The translations under genes and the position numbers were made by a program. A stretch of DNA of 64,000 bases from an uncultured Gammaproteobacteria bacterium (GTDB lineage Bacteria > Pseudomonadota > Gammaproteobacteria > Arenicellales > Poriferihabitantaceae): assembly GCA_947259885.1 (NCBI GenBank), contig CAMYNW010000014.1:993-64992 (forward strand). Reading direction: 5' to 3'. The notes beneath the pieces were generated by a model, which worked only from the letters and a program-made list of their open reading frames with translations, was not told the origin of the DNA and did not search any database. Positions 39,310 through 49,287 of this stretch are shown here, in pieces; the first letter of the stretch is position 1; each line of letters begins with the position of its first letter.

Positions 39310-40266
39310 CTATGCTGCTTTATTGACTTTTCTGGCGAAGCTCGTAATCGATGCCACCACGGTATCTGGGGCTGAGTGGTGCGGCGCATGTCCCATTTGC
39401 TTCAGTTCGACGACCTCCAGCTGCTTGGTTTGCTGGGAGAGAGATCCGATATGGATGTCATTAGAGACTACAGTGTCCTGATCCCCAATTATCGCCATAA
39501 GCGGATGTTTGATCCAATCGTAGAACTGCTCTTGATATTTCAGATACTTGTTTAATAAGGACAGGTCATCGGCATTGGCGAGCCAGGAATGTGGGCGCAG
39601 TATTAGATCAATACCGGCTCGTCTTCGGTAACCCTTGGGGACGTTGTTGTTGAAAAATACTGTTTCGATACCCTGATCAACAAAGTATTTGCCAATCGGA
39701 AATACTGCAGTATAGGCAAACAGTGAACCAAGAAGAGGTATGCGACTGATACGATTGTAGAGTGCAGGGGGCGTATCCCAGGAATGCGTAGCCGGAGTAA
39801 TTAGAACTGCGCCGGCAACTTCTCTCGGGTAGTGCAGCAGGTAACTGAGCACCAGAGCAGCTGACCAGGAATGCCCAACCAGAATGGGCTTTTCAATTTT
39901 TTCTTTTTGCAATACATCCCGCACCAGGTTGGCCTGGTCAAGTGGATTCAACCAACTTCCTCGCCCTCGCTTGCTATGGCCAAGTCCTGGTCGGTCGATT
40001 GTGATGACTTTGAACATCTTTGCCAGCACCGGCGCAATACTTGATTGGTAATCGAGTGCGTTGGCGCTGGCACCATGCAATAAAACCAGAGGCCTGCCCT
40101 CACCTTGCACCGTGTAGTGAATCTTGTTGTCCCCAAACTCCACAAACTGACCCTGTGGAGGATATTTTCGCTCGAGCAGCCAGCTGCTGTACCGTGTGTA
40201 GACCGCGGCCCCAACCAGGATTAGTAAAACTAATGCGAAAAATATTGATCCAATGTCCATATTCAA
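39310..40266 (-). CDS. Membrane-anchored alpha/beta hydrolase
   Basis: N-terminal TM; LLHGAS, DRPGLG.S, GHSWS nucleophile, GDQD, GH..HH. Confidence 0.85.
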   Translation of the reverse strand: MNMDIGSIFFALVLLILVGAAVYTRYSSWLLERKYPPQGQFVEFGDNKIHYTVQGEGRPLVLLHGASANALDYQSSIAPVLAKMFKVITIDRPGLGHSKRGRGSWLNPLDQANLVRDVLQKEKIEKPILVGHSWSAALVLSYLLHYPREVAGAVLITPATHSWDTPPALYNRISRIPLLGSLFAYTAVFPIGKYFVDQGIETVFFNNNVPKGYRRRAGIDLILRPHSWLANADDLSLLNKYLKYQEQFYDWIKHPLMAIIGDQDTVVSNDIHIGSLSQQTKQLEVVELKQMGHAPHHSAPDTVVASITSFARKVNKAA

Positions 40267-40377
40267 TTATTAGTTTAATTTAACCTTCTAACCTATTATA
40301 TATTAACAATAAAATTATAACTAATCTTATATCATGGAGGGCTTTATGTACATACCTTAGGAGAGTGAAAAATTATT

Positions 40378-40397
40378 ATTGTTTCGTACGATACAAT
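40378..40397. promoter_or_regulatory. Near-perfect palindrome overlapping a -10 element upstream of the SprT-like gene
   Basis: ATTGTTTCGTACGATACAAT (9 of 10 pairs); contains TACAAT at 40392-97, 6 nt before ATG 40404. Confidence 0.55.
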
Positions 40398-40403
40398 TCT
40401 ATT

Positions 40404-41153
40404 ATGGCACACAACCCGACCGCAGAGTTTTATGAGCTGTTAAATCAGGCCTACCAGCATTTCAATAACAGGTTATTCGAGGATCAACTGCCATGGTGCA
40501 TGTTGACCCTGCAACGTAGTCGCAACACCATGGGATATTTCTCACCAGAAAGATGGGTTGATGGCAAAGGTTACAAGGCCCACGAAATCGCCCTGAATCC
40601 CGCCTACTTTGCCCGTCACAGGGTCATAGATGTACTTCAGACATTAGTGCACGAGCAGAGTCACCTTTGGCAGCATCTTCATGGCCGTCATCGCAGTCGA
40701 TCTGGTTATCACAATAAAGAATGGGCACATAAGATGGAATCTATCGGACTGGTTCCAAGCAGCACGGGTGAGGTTGGAGGGGGTCGAACCGGTCAGTCGA
40801 TGTCGGATTATCCTGAGCCTGGGGGAAGGTTTCTCGAAGCTTGCATGGCGCTGTGTCAGGGTGGGTACCAGCTAAAGTGGATTGATACCGAGCCTGCCTG
40901 GCAACCTTCAAGTCAGCCCCGATTTAAGAATGAAGACGATGAGATGCTGGTCGAACTATTGGAGCACGCACCCGCCCTACTTCGGCCCGTGACCACTTCT
41001 AATGCAAGTGAAGAGATCAACTGGGAACCTCCCGATAAAACGAAGGCTTTAAGCAAGAGTAAATATACCTGTGTACAATGTCATATTAACGTCTGGGGAA
41101 AGCCGACGCTCAATATTTTGTGTGGTAACTGTATGCTACCACTCGAAATTTAG
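40404..41153 (+). CDS. SprT-like zinc metalloprotease with C-terminal zinc ribbon
   Basis: FN..LF...LP, EIALNP, TLVHEQSHLWQ (HExxH), GYHNKEWA.KM..IGL, KY.C..C...VWGKP...I.C..C. Likely ATG at 40404. Confidence 0.85.
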   Translation: MAHNPTAEFYELLNQAYQHFNNRLFEDQLPWCMLTLQRSRNTMGYFSPERWVDGKGYKAHEIALNPAYFARHRVIDVLQTLVHEQSHLWQHLHGRHRSRSGYHNKEWAHKMESIGLVPSSTGEVGGGRTGQSMSDYPEPGGRFLEACMALCQGGYQLKWIDTEPAWQPSSQPRFKNEDDEMLVELLEHAPALLRPVTTSNASEEINWEPPDKTKALSKSKYTCVQCHINVWGKPTLNILCGNCMLPLEI

Positions 41154-41575
41154 TTAGAAGGCGGAATCGAGTAGGTGCCGGTGACATGGGCTACGGGTTC
41201 ATCAATCCCTAGTTCCTTGGTATAAATAAGTCCTTCGCATACCGCCAATCTCTTTCCCAGTTTGAGCAGGGTTGCACGACAGTAAACATCGCCCGGACCG
41301 GGTTTTCTCAAAAAGTTTATGGTTAGATTGGTGGTGACCGCCAGCGATACCATGCCAATATTTGCCAGCACTATGGCATAGAAAGCGGCATCCGCCAGTC
41401 CCATCATCACCGGGCCGGCTACGGTGCCGCCAGGACGCAGTGATTTCTCATCGCAATTGGCACGAAGCACAGCATACTCTTTTTCAATCGCTTCTGCCTC
41501 TACGTTCATGAGATCCATGAACGGAAGATGATCTACAGCCAGTCGTTTAAATTCTTCAGTAGTTATTGCCGCCAT
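41150..41575 (-). CDS. PaaI-family thioesterase
   Basis: LRPGGTVAGP..M.LAD, AVTTNL.INFLRKP, LKLGKRL, GTYSIP. Confidence 0.88.
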   Translation of the reverse strand: MAAITTEEFKRLAVDHLPFMDLMNVEAEAIEKEYAVLRANCDEKSLRPGGTVAGPVMMGLADAAFYAIVLANIGMVSLAVTTNLTINFLRKPGPGDVYCRATLLKLGKRLAVCEGLIYTKELGIDEPVAHVTGTYSIPPSN

Positions 41576-41621
41576 TTTTTATCCGAAATTTGATTATTAC
41601 TTTACTGGTAAATCTGAATTA

Positions 41622-42827
41622 TCAGGTCGTTCGCGGGATGGTAGCAATGGCTTCGAACTCAGTGACCATTCCTGGATAACAAAGATTGTTGAGCGGAATT
41701 CCGGTAGAAGCCGGCCCTGGGCGCTTGAAATAGCCCGCCCGAATTTCAAGATTGCAATGGAGTTCCTCGGGCTGTCCCCCGCCTTGATAGAAACAATTCA
41801 TTTTGATGATATCTTCAAAATCAGCGCCGAACTCTGATAGCACCGCGCGCAGGTTTTCCATGCTTGTAATCGTCTGTTTGGGCATATCATCGGGATCTAG
41901 AATTCTAGCCGCCGAATCCATCGAGACCTGCCCACCCACAAAGATGAAACCACCGCATTGCACACCATGTTTGAACGGCAGGTGAATCGGCCAGTCCCAA
42001 TGCCCATCAGGCCAGCTATATTTTTTCTCTAGTGAAGCATCATGCTGATCCTGCATGGTCCAGAACTCTGTTTGAATCATTGCACCTTTTGGTTGCATAG
42101 CATGCAGCGGCATCCCAGTCGCCACGGGGCCCGGTTCGGGATACCAATCTGCTCGCACCTTTGCGCTTTGTGACCAAATTTCCGTATTGTCGACACCGAC
42201 AAACCAGTTGTTTACCTTAACGATGTCCTCTCGTCTTGCGTTGATCTGCTGCAATAGTGCGTCAATTTTTTCCTGCACCAGGTAACTCTGTGCCACTGCA
42301 TCTCCGGGATCCAATGCTCTGCCATTTGAATCTAATGCTCGGACTGCGCCTGACAGAGTAAACCCGTTTTGTTTTACCGCCTGACTAAAGGGATGCACTG
42401 AAGATGGAATCACAACCCGATTATTTTTAGGACCAACAAAGCCAAATGCATCGATTTCCACCATCAGTCCCGGATAGAAGAAGTGCTTAAGGGGTACCAT
42501 GGTGATTGCTGGTAGAGGCGAAAATTCAAGTGCCTCTGCGATAAACTCAATATAAGTCAGTTCGTCGGTTTCGCCATTATTAACATAATAAATTACCAGC
42601 TTCGCCAGATCGGACATGGAGCAATCGAGGTCCTCGACAATGTTCAGAATATGTCGAAGCGAAGCCTGAGTTTGGGCGTAGAGATCGTGCGCATGTTGCA
42701 CCTCCCCCTTCCCCTTGAGATCAGCCTGGCCACATAACATAAATAGACCATGGTCCATTACCCCCATGCTAAACGGAATCTCCACCTGCATGCGCCAGTG
42801 ATTATCAGGATAACTCGTTACTCGCAT
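41622..42827 (-). CDS. Rid (YjgF/YER057c/UK114) family protein with three tandem domains
   Basis: Three repeats ending GLMVEIDAFG, GAMIQTEFW and GMVTEFEAIA, each with an internal D.(A/V/I)K motif. Confidence 0.8.
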   Translation of the reverse strand: MRVTSYPDNHWRMQVEIPFSMGVMDHGLFMLCGQADLKGKGEVQHAHDLYAQTQASLRHILNIVEDLDCSMSDLAKLVIYYVNNGETDELTYIEFIAEALEFSPLPAITMVPLKHFFYPGLMVEIDAFGFVGPKNNRVVIPSSVHPFSQAVKQNGFTLSGAVRALDSNGRALDPGDAVAQSYLVQEKIDALLQQINARREDIVKVNNWFVGVDNTEIWSQSAKVRADWYPEPGPVATGMPLHAMQPKGAMIQTEFWTMQDQHDASLEKKYSWPDGHWDWPIHLPFKHGVQCGGFIFVGGQVSMDSAARILDPDDMPKQTITSMENLRAVLSEFGADFEDIIKMNCFYQGGGQPEELHCNLEIRAGYFKRPGPASTGIPLNNLCYPGMVTEFEAIATIPRTT

Positions 42828-42841
42828 GGCATAACGCGTTT

Positions 42842-43024
42842 CTATTTGTGTTCATTCAATGAATGTGATCCTGCTGCCTGCAGAGTTTGCGTATTGTGCA
42901 CCGAACCAAAGAATAACCCTTGATCCTGGCGGTAGTTATCCTGCTCTATTAAATCAGTAAACTGACATACGATACTGTGTGACCAGTGATTGAACTGGGC
43001 CATCATTGGGTGCAGATTGTTCAT
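42842..43024 (-). pseudogene. Truncated DinB/YfiT-like gene
   Basis: N-terminal pattern MA.FN.W...YR.D.GLFFGS.H.T matches DinB family, but the ORF stops at 60 aa without the C-terminal H...H motif. Confidence 0.6.
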
Positions 43025-43033
43025 GTACAGATT

Positions 43034-44020
43034 TCAACGGTGCGGTATTTTAGGCCTACGGTATGCAGTTCTCGCTCGTAATGCCATTTCTCGCCTGAGA
43101 ATGTATAAGTTACTACCGATCAATAAGGTGATCCCAAAAATCGTCCATATCGACGGCAGTTCTCGCCATAAAACGAATCCGAACAATGCACCCCAGACAA
43201 TATACAGGTATTCAAACGGCGCCACGGCGCTGAATTCGGCAACCATATAGGCTTTTACCAGCAAGTAGAATCCTCCTGCGGCAATAAAGCCTAGCAGCAC
43301 CATCATCCATTGATCAATTTCTGTAGGATTGGTCCAACGCCGTAATAAAAAAGCCAGTTGAACAGGGCCCTCCTCATTCCCCTCAAAAAATACGAGCACT
43401 AGGGCGCTGACCAGGATGCTCCACGCTAGAAAAGTAGCCATCGAGTAGAAAGCTGCCGTAATGGCTGAGTCCCGCGCATCGATATAACGTGTCGATATTG
43501 TGGAAATTGCATAAGTAAAGGCTGCTGTTAACGCGAGAACTACTGACAAATTGTTAAAGTAACCCTTTGGACCGACAACCATGGTAATGGCAACGAAACC
43601 GATCAACACAGCACACCATCGTCGCCATCCTACTGACTCACGAAACAGGATTGCTGACAATGCTGTCACCATAATCGGTGCCGAGAATGTGATTGTCGCG
43701 GCGTCGGCCAAGGGTAATCCTGTCAATGCCATGTAGTAGCAAAGGTAGGATAAAAAGCCGCAGGTGCCTTTAAATATTATTGGCCAAAGATTGTGTACCT
43801 TGAATGAAGTGCCATTTTTGGTGGCCAGAATTACCGTTAGCATAATGAGCAAAGCGGTAACGCTACGAGTGAAAACGATTTGCAGGACCGAGTAGCGATC
43901 ACTGAAAGACTTGATGATTACGTCCTGGACGGAGAACAGGAATAAACCGAGGCTTACAGAATAAATGCCTGACACGGAGTCCGACGGAATTAGTCGAGCC
44001 ACTCCGTGTTTGCCGGTCAT
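43034..44020 (-). CDS. DMT/EamA family transporter
   Basis: About 10 TM helices; LADA..I.F.API, E.VGWRRW.AV.IGF, APFEY..IVW..LFG. Confidence 0.88.
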   Translation of the reverse strand: MTGKHGVARLIPSDSVSGIYSVSLGLFLFSVQDVIIKSFSDRYSVLQIVFTRSVTALLIMLTVILATKNGTSFKVHNLWPIIFKGTCGFLSYLCYYMALTGLPLADAATITFSAPIMVTALSAILFRESVGWRRWCAVLIGFVAITMVVGPKGYFNNLSVVLALTAAFTYAISTISTRYIDARDSAITAAFYSMATFLAWSILVSALVLVFFEGNEEGPVQLAFLLRRWTNPTEIDQWMMVLLGFIAAGGFYLLVKAYMVAEFSAVAPFEYLYIVWGALFGFVLWRELPSIWTIFGITLLIGSNLYILRREMALRARTAYRRPKIPHR

Positions 44021-44372
44021 GGTTGGTACGCAGCCATTTGCCTTTTGGCCGGAGTTGGGCTCCTGTGTGAATTGACCATCGAAGTATCTTCACTTTATGT
44101 CCCACGGGACGTTACTCCTCTTACGACCTCATCCACAAGCAAAATTTGCGACAGGTGTGACGCTTTCAGGGTTTTCTGCGATTCTTTCCCTGCAAAGCAA
44201 ACATCCAATCACCCAAGCATATTCTGATTAGACCCGTATCGGACTGCATCTTTGTGCTGATAGGTACTTTTAGAAACGGGTCAAAATTAAATCAGTTGCT
44301 CCCCTTACACTGTTTGTTATCGTATCCTTGGGGAGCGTCTGCATTAATGGCTTTTAACGAGGAGACTGAGTT

Positions 44373-46175
44373 TTGGATACACATGGTTTGATGTTCAACG
44401 TCGTGGTATATCTTTCTGCTGCTGTAATAGCTGTCCCAGTATTTGCTCGTCTGGGTCTTGGTTCTGTTTTAGGCTATTTGGTTGCCGGGATTTGTATTGG
44501 TCCTTTCGGACTTGGACTGATCACTAACGTTGAAGATATTCTCCACTTTTCCGAATTTGGGGTCGTGCTTCTGTTATTTCTGATCGGGCTCGAACTTGAA
44601 CCGCGAAAGCTGTGGAACATGCGCCGCCCTATTCTCGGCACTGGTGGTCTGCAGGTTATTAGTACTGCGGTCTTACTATTTGTAATCGCAATGTCTGTTG
44701 GTCTCAGATGGCAGACCGCAGTGGTAGCAGCACTCGGCCTGGCGCTCTCTTCGACCGCTATTGCGCTGCAGATATTGGGAGAGAAAAGTCTGCTGGGTAC
44801 TCCTGCGGGACGCACTGGATTTTCGATTTTGCTGTTTCAGGATATTGCGGTCATACCAATTATCGCGGTTATTCCTCTATTGGGATTTGAGCTGATTAAT
44901 GAACAAGGAGGCAGTGGGGAACTTTCCACTCTAACCATCATTGGTGTAATAACCATAATATTTGTTGTCGGCAGATTCTTCCTACATCAGGTAATGCGGA
45001 TTGTGGCATCGACTCATCTTCGAGAAGTGTTCACTGCCCTTTCTCTTTTGCTTGTATTCGGCATTGCAATGTTCATGGATTCAATCGGCGTTTCAATGGC
45101 GCTGGGAGCTTTTGTTGCAGGTGTGCTGATGGCAGATTCTCCTTATCGTCACGCACTTGAATCGGATATCGAACCTTTTAAAGGACTGCTACTGGGGCTG
45201 TTTTTTATTTCTGTGGGGATGTCCATGGATTTCGCTCTATTGTTCGAAAATCCAATGATCATAGTAGCAATAACGCTCACTCTGATGCTGGTTAAATCGG
45301 CTGTGCTTTATATTATCGCCAGGGCGAGTAGACTTCCTGAGAGTCAACGATGGTTTTTTCCTATTCTTCTTTGCCAGGGAGGTGAATTCGGATTTGTCCT
45401 TTTTGGTTTTGCAAATGCTGCGGGTGCAATGGAGTCCTCTATTGCAAGCCTGTTGATATTGTCGGTTGCATTGTCGATGGCTCTGACCCCGATACTCATG
45501 TTGATGCATAGTCGATTCATAGAACCACGATTTCACTTAATTGATGAAATGGAGGTAGAACAATTTGATGAAACAGATAATCCTGTCATTATTATCGGGT
45601 TTGGACGTTTTGGTCAGGTCGTAGGCAGATTGCTTCTTGCCAATAAGATTACGCCCACATTGATTGATCATAATCCGGAACAATTGGAGCGTGTTCGTCG
45701 GTTCGGCTACAAATCATATTATGGCGATGCACTAAGACTGGATGTGCTGCAAGCAGCCGGAGCTGATAGGGCTAAGATTATTGTTTTAGCAGTAGATGAT
45801 CCCGTAGTGGTCAATCAGGCAGTAATGTTAATCAGGTCCTCTTTTCCTCAGGCCAAAATTATGGCCAGAGCCTATGATCGAGGGCATGCCATGGAGTTAA
45901 TCGACGTTAGTATTGATGGTTTTACACGAGAAACATTTTATTCCGCGCTCGAAATGGGCAAAGAAACGCTAGTCAACCTTGGGTATGATAAGAATTTTGC
46001 CGCCAAACAAGCTGAAACGATGCGAATAATGGACTTGGAGACGCTGCATGAGCAGGTCAAGGTCCGGCACGATGAAAAAGCGATCATATCGATCGCGCAT
46101 ACTGCACGTGAAAACCTGGAACAAACTTTATCGGCAGATATTGGCGAAAATCCTCACTTAGATTCGTCCAAATAG
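44373..46175 (+). CDS. kefC: Glutathione-regulated K+/H+ antiporter (KefB/KefC, CPA2)
   Basis: GLGSVLGYL, SEFGVV, LSSTA, LLFQD, HALESDIEPFKGLLLGLFF, KTN domain GFGRFGQ. KefB versus KefC is not resolved. Confidence 0.85.
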   Translation: MDTHGLMFNVVVYLSAAVIAVPVFARLGLGSVLGYLVAGICIGPFGLGLITNVEDILHFSEFGVVLLLFLIGLELEPRKLWNMRRPILGTGGLQVISTAVLLFVIAMSVGLRWQTAVVAALGLALSSTAIALQILGEKSLLGTPAGRTGFSILLFQDIAVIPIIAVIPLLGFELINEQGGSGELSTLTIIGVITIIFVVGRFFLHQVMRIVASTHLREVFTALSLLLVFGIAMFMDSIGVSMALGAFVAGVLMADSPYRHALESDIEPFKGLLLGLFFISVGMSMDFALLFENPMIIVAITLTLMLVKSAVLYIIARASRLPESQRWFFPILLCQGGEFGFVLFGFANAAGAMESSIASLLILSVALSMALTPILMLMHSRFIEPRFHLIDEMEVEQFDETDNPVIIIGFGRFGQVVGRLLLANKITPTLIDHNPEQLERVRRFGYKSYYGDALRLDVLQAAGADRAKIIVLAVDDPVVVNQAVMLIRSSFPQAKIMARAYDRGHAMELIDVSIDGFTRETFYSALEMGKETLVNLGYDKNFAAKQAETMRIMDLETLHEQVKVRHDEKAIISIAHTARENLEQTLSADIGENPHLDSSK

Positions 46176-46176
46176 A

Positions 46177-47685
46177 TCAAGCATAATTACGACTGGAGTC
46201 TGTACAACGAAGTTTGACGGCGTGAAGCAGGTCGGTGTCTTGTATGCGTTCATGGCCATTCAGGTCCGCTACCGTTCGGGCCAGTTTCAAAATACGGTGG
46301 CTGCCCCTGCTGGAAAGCATGAAACGATTGACTACGTTTTCAAGCAGTTCCGCTTGACTGATACTCAAGCTGCAGTAGCGTTGTATTCCTGAGGTATTCA
46401 GAAAGCCATTGGGGGTCTGTTGCCGCCGTAGTTGCCTTACCCGGGCCCGCTCAACTCGGTCCCGTATTGCCGTGCTGCTTTCGGAATCGCTGATCGGGCT
46501 GAGCAGCGCCGATTGCTTGATAGGATAAACAGACAGGTGCATATCAATGCGGTCTAGCAAAGGACCTGAAAGTCGTGCCTGATATCTATCGATCTGCTGT
46601 GGCGTGCAGTGACATCTGTTTGCGTTACCCAAGTAACCACATGGACAAGGATTGGCGGCGGCGACCAGCAGGAAACGGGCCATAAAACTAGACTGACGTG
46701 CCGCCCTCGAGATATGCACCGATCCGGATTCCATTGGCTCTCTAAGTAATTCGAGTACATGTCGCTGGAATTCCGGTAATTCGTCCAGGAATAGCACACC
46801 ATTATGCGCCAGGGACACTTCGCCCGGCGCCGGATTGCTTCCACCTCCAATGATTGCCGCACCTGAGGCACTGTGATGGGGTGCTCGGAACGGTCTCTTT
46901 CGCCAATGACAGAGCTGAAACCCTTGGTGACTCAATGAAGAAATTGCCGCGGATTCTAAAGCCTCGCCTACGGACATGGTCGGAAGTATGCTGCCAAGTC
47001 GGCTTGCCAACATTGTTTTTCCTGCGCCTGGTGGGCCTGTCATGAGCAGACTATGGTGCCCCGCTGCGGCAATTTCCATCGCCCGTTTGGTAAATTGCTG
47101 TCCGATGACGTCACCGAAGTCTGGTGATTCATGCGACGCTGGAATTGGAGTAGGGTCTGGTTGTGCAAGAGTTGACAGACCGTTTAGCGCGGCTGCCACT
47201 TCGCTCAATGTCGAGGCCTGTCTTATCGAGACCTCGTCGGCGAGAGCCGCCTGTTTTGCGCTTCCCGTTGGCAGTACTAATAGCTTGGTGGATCCACGAA
47301 GCGCTAGTGCAGCGATCAAAGCACCACGTATATCTCTCAGCGCTCCAGATAAAGCAAGCTCGCCAAGGAAAACATACTGCTGTGTATCATTACCACGCAC
47401 CTGCCCCGATGCCATGAGAATTCCAAGGGCAATCGCAAGATCGAACCTACCTCCTTCCTTTGGCAGGTCAGCGGGCGCAAGATTAACCGTGATTCTTTTT
47501 CGCGGAAAATCAAAGCCTGAGTTCAAGATTGCGCCACGTACCCGGTCGCGGCTTTCCTTTACCGCTTTTTCAGGCAATCCGACGATGGAGCATGAGGGTA
47601 ATCCGCGCGCGAGATGTACTTCTACGGTAACCACTGGCGCAGTAGTCCCTACGCCTGCACGGCTATATACGACTGATAGTGACAT
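46177..47685 (-). CDS. comM: ComM/YifB Mg-chelatase-like AAA+ ATPase
   Basis: VGLP...VKES.DRV, NLAPADLPKEG, GPPGAGKT, PFRAPHH, LAHNGVLFLDELPEF, NPCPCG. Confidence 0.93.
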   Translation of the reverse strand: MSLSVVYSRAGVGTTAPVVTVEVHLARGLPSCSIVGLPEKAVKESRDRVRGAILNSGFDFPRKRITVNLAPADLPKEGGRFDLAIALGILMASGQVRGNDTQQYVFLGELALSGALRDIRGALIAALALRGSTKLLVLPTGSAKQAALADEVSIRQASTLSEVAAALNGLSTLAQPDPTPIPASHESPDFGDVIGQQFTKRAMEIAAAGHHSLLMTGPPGAGKTMLASRLGSILPTMSVGEALESAAISSLSHQGFQLCHWRKRPFRAPHHSASGAAIIGGGSNPAPGEVSLAHNGVLFLDELPEFQRHVLELLREPMESGSVHISRAARQSSFMARFLLVAAANPCPCGYLGNANRCHCTPQQIDRYQARLSGPLLDRIDMHLSVYPIKQSALLSPISDSESSTAIRDRVERARVRQLRRQQTPNGFLNTSGIQRYCSLSISQAELLENVVNRFMLSSRGSHRILKLARTVADLNGHERIQDTDLLHAVKLRCTDSSRNYA

Positions 47686-47731
47686 TCCATTGTCTCCCTA
47701 TTTCTACATTAAAACTTATCCTTTCCCGATA

Positions 47732-47959
47732 TTACTGATTCTTCTGATGTTTTTCCAGTTCTTCGATTTGCTGCTCAAGTTGGTTTACCCGTTCCCGGGT
47801 GCGTCTCAATATCTTCTCCTGAATTTCGAGCTGTTCCCTGGTGGCAAGATTCATCTGCTCAAAATGGCCTTGAATAACCGCTTCTATATTTTTCTTTTGT
47901 TCTTCTCTAGCTTCAGATGGAAGCAAATTCAGAATCGAGTCGACTAGTTGATTCAGCAT
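47732..47959 (-). CDS. ubiK: Ubiquinone biosynthesis accessory factor UbiK (BMFP family)
   Basis: MNLATREQLEIQ..IL.RTRE....LE coiled coil; typical position upstream of comM. Confidence 0.82.
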   Translation of the reverse strand: MLNQLVDSILNLLPSEAREEQKKNIEAVIQGHFEQMNLATREQLEIQEKILRRTRERVNQLEQQIEELEKHQKNQ

Positions 47960-47980
47960 TCGATTATTGATTCGCTAATA

Positions 47981-49273
47981 TCAGACGCCGACGTATTCAA
48001 CAAACGCCTGTTCGCGTACCGTACGGAACCAATTGCTGAATAATTCCTCTGCTTTTCGGCGGAAGATTTCCTCTCGCGCAAGATCTTCAGCATTTTCATT
48101 CGACATATCGGTTTGGCGTCGATCCACAACCTGGATGATATGAAATCCAAAGCGAGTCTTTACAGGTTCGCTTATGCTACCGACTGGTAACGATTCAGCT
48201 GTTTGGCGAAAGCTGGGTACGACATCTCCTGGACCAATCCACCCTAGCGAACCGCCGTTCTGTCGCGATTGTGAATCATCGGAATAGAGCCTGGCTAGCT
48301 TTTCAAACGACTCACCGTTTTGCAGCTGTTGATAAAGATCCAGAGCAAGTGTCTCCGCCTCTTCAGAGGTGTTGTTGTCGTTAGGCTGAATTAAAATATG
48401 TTTTACCAGAAGCTGGTCGATCAGTTGGCCACTGCCCTTGAGATCATGAAGCTTTAGAAGATGCAGGCCATTATCACTTTGTAACACACCAGAAATATTA
48501 GCAGTAGAAGGGTTCATCTCGCGCAGCGCATCAATAAATAATTTCGGCAACTGGTCTGAGGTTCGCCATCCTAGATAACCTTTGTCGTCCTTATCGGATG
48601 CGTCAGAAAAGCTCATTACCGCTTGTTCGAACGGTTGTCCTTCAGTAATCGCTTTTCGAATAAATTCCATGTTTTCCTTTTCTGATTTAATTTCCTCGTC
48701 GGATTTTCCTTGGGTCAGCACAATTAGATGAGAGATCTCATAAGATTCATCAGAGCTCTGTAATTCCGAATGAGAATTTAAATAATTTTCGATCTCCAGG
48801 TCACTGACAACGACTCTTGAATTCGCCACCGCATCTACTAGTTTCCGAATTAACTGCTGTACCCGAAGACTTTCACGAAACTGATCGTAGGTAAAACCAT
48901 CGTTCTCTAACTGGGCGATCAGAGATTCGACTGTCAGATCATTTTGTTGTGCAATTAACTGTACTGCACCATCAATTTCTCCTTCACTAACCTGGATGCC
49001 GCGCGCTAAAGCCTGAGAGGTTTGTATCCGTTCGTCGATCATTCTCTCGAGTATTCGCGGATTTACTTGACCGGAGTATTTACCCAGATTCCGATTCTCA
49101 AGGCGTTGTTGTTCATGTCTAGAGACGTACTCACTGAGCGTGATTGCTTCGCTATTCACTATCGCGATGACTTGATCGATAGTCTGAGTTTGAGCGATCG
49201 CAGAACTACCTCCAATAGCTCCTGTAGTGATTGCGAATACAAATAGGAGATACTTAATTTGACAAAAATTCAC
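47981..49273 (-). CDS. surA: Periplasmic chaperone/PPIase SurA
   Basis: DQVIAIVN..IT, two parvulin domains (ISHLIV..GYLGW; VKHILI..GGSLGW..GFHII); follows lptD. Confidence 0.92.
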   Translation of the reverse strand: MNFCQIKYLLFVFAITTGAIGGSSAIAQTQTIDQVIAIVNSEAITLSEYVSRHEQQRLENRNLGKYSGQVNPRILERMIDERIQTSQALARGIQVSEGEIDGAVQLIAQQNDLTVESLIAQLENDGFTYDQFRESLRVQQLIRKLVDAVANSRVVVSDLEIENYLNSHSELQSSDESYEISHLIVLTQGKSDEEIKSEKENMEFIRKAITEGQPFEQAVMSFSDASDKDDKGYLGWRTSDQLPKLFIDALREMNPSTANISGVLQSDNGLHLLKLHDLKGSGQLIDQLLVKHILIQPNDNNTSEEAETLALDLYQQLQNGESFEKLARLYSDDSQSRQNGGSLGWIGPGDVVPSFRQTAESLPVGSISEPVKTRFGFHIIQVVDRRQTDMSNENAEDLAREEIFRRKAEELFSNWFRTVREQAFVEYVGV

Positions 49274-49287
49274 TTGAATAATATTAA

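Noticed and set aside
44021-44372. Long spacer between the DMT gene and kefC as a riboswitch or ncRNA
   Set aside because: Only short hairpins; no aptamer consensus that I can recognise. An Rfam scan would be needed.
46976-47947. 323-aa plus-strand ORF
   Set aside because: Antisense shadow of comM and ubiK; Ser/Ala/Pro-rich with no recognisable motif.
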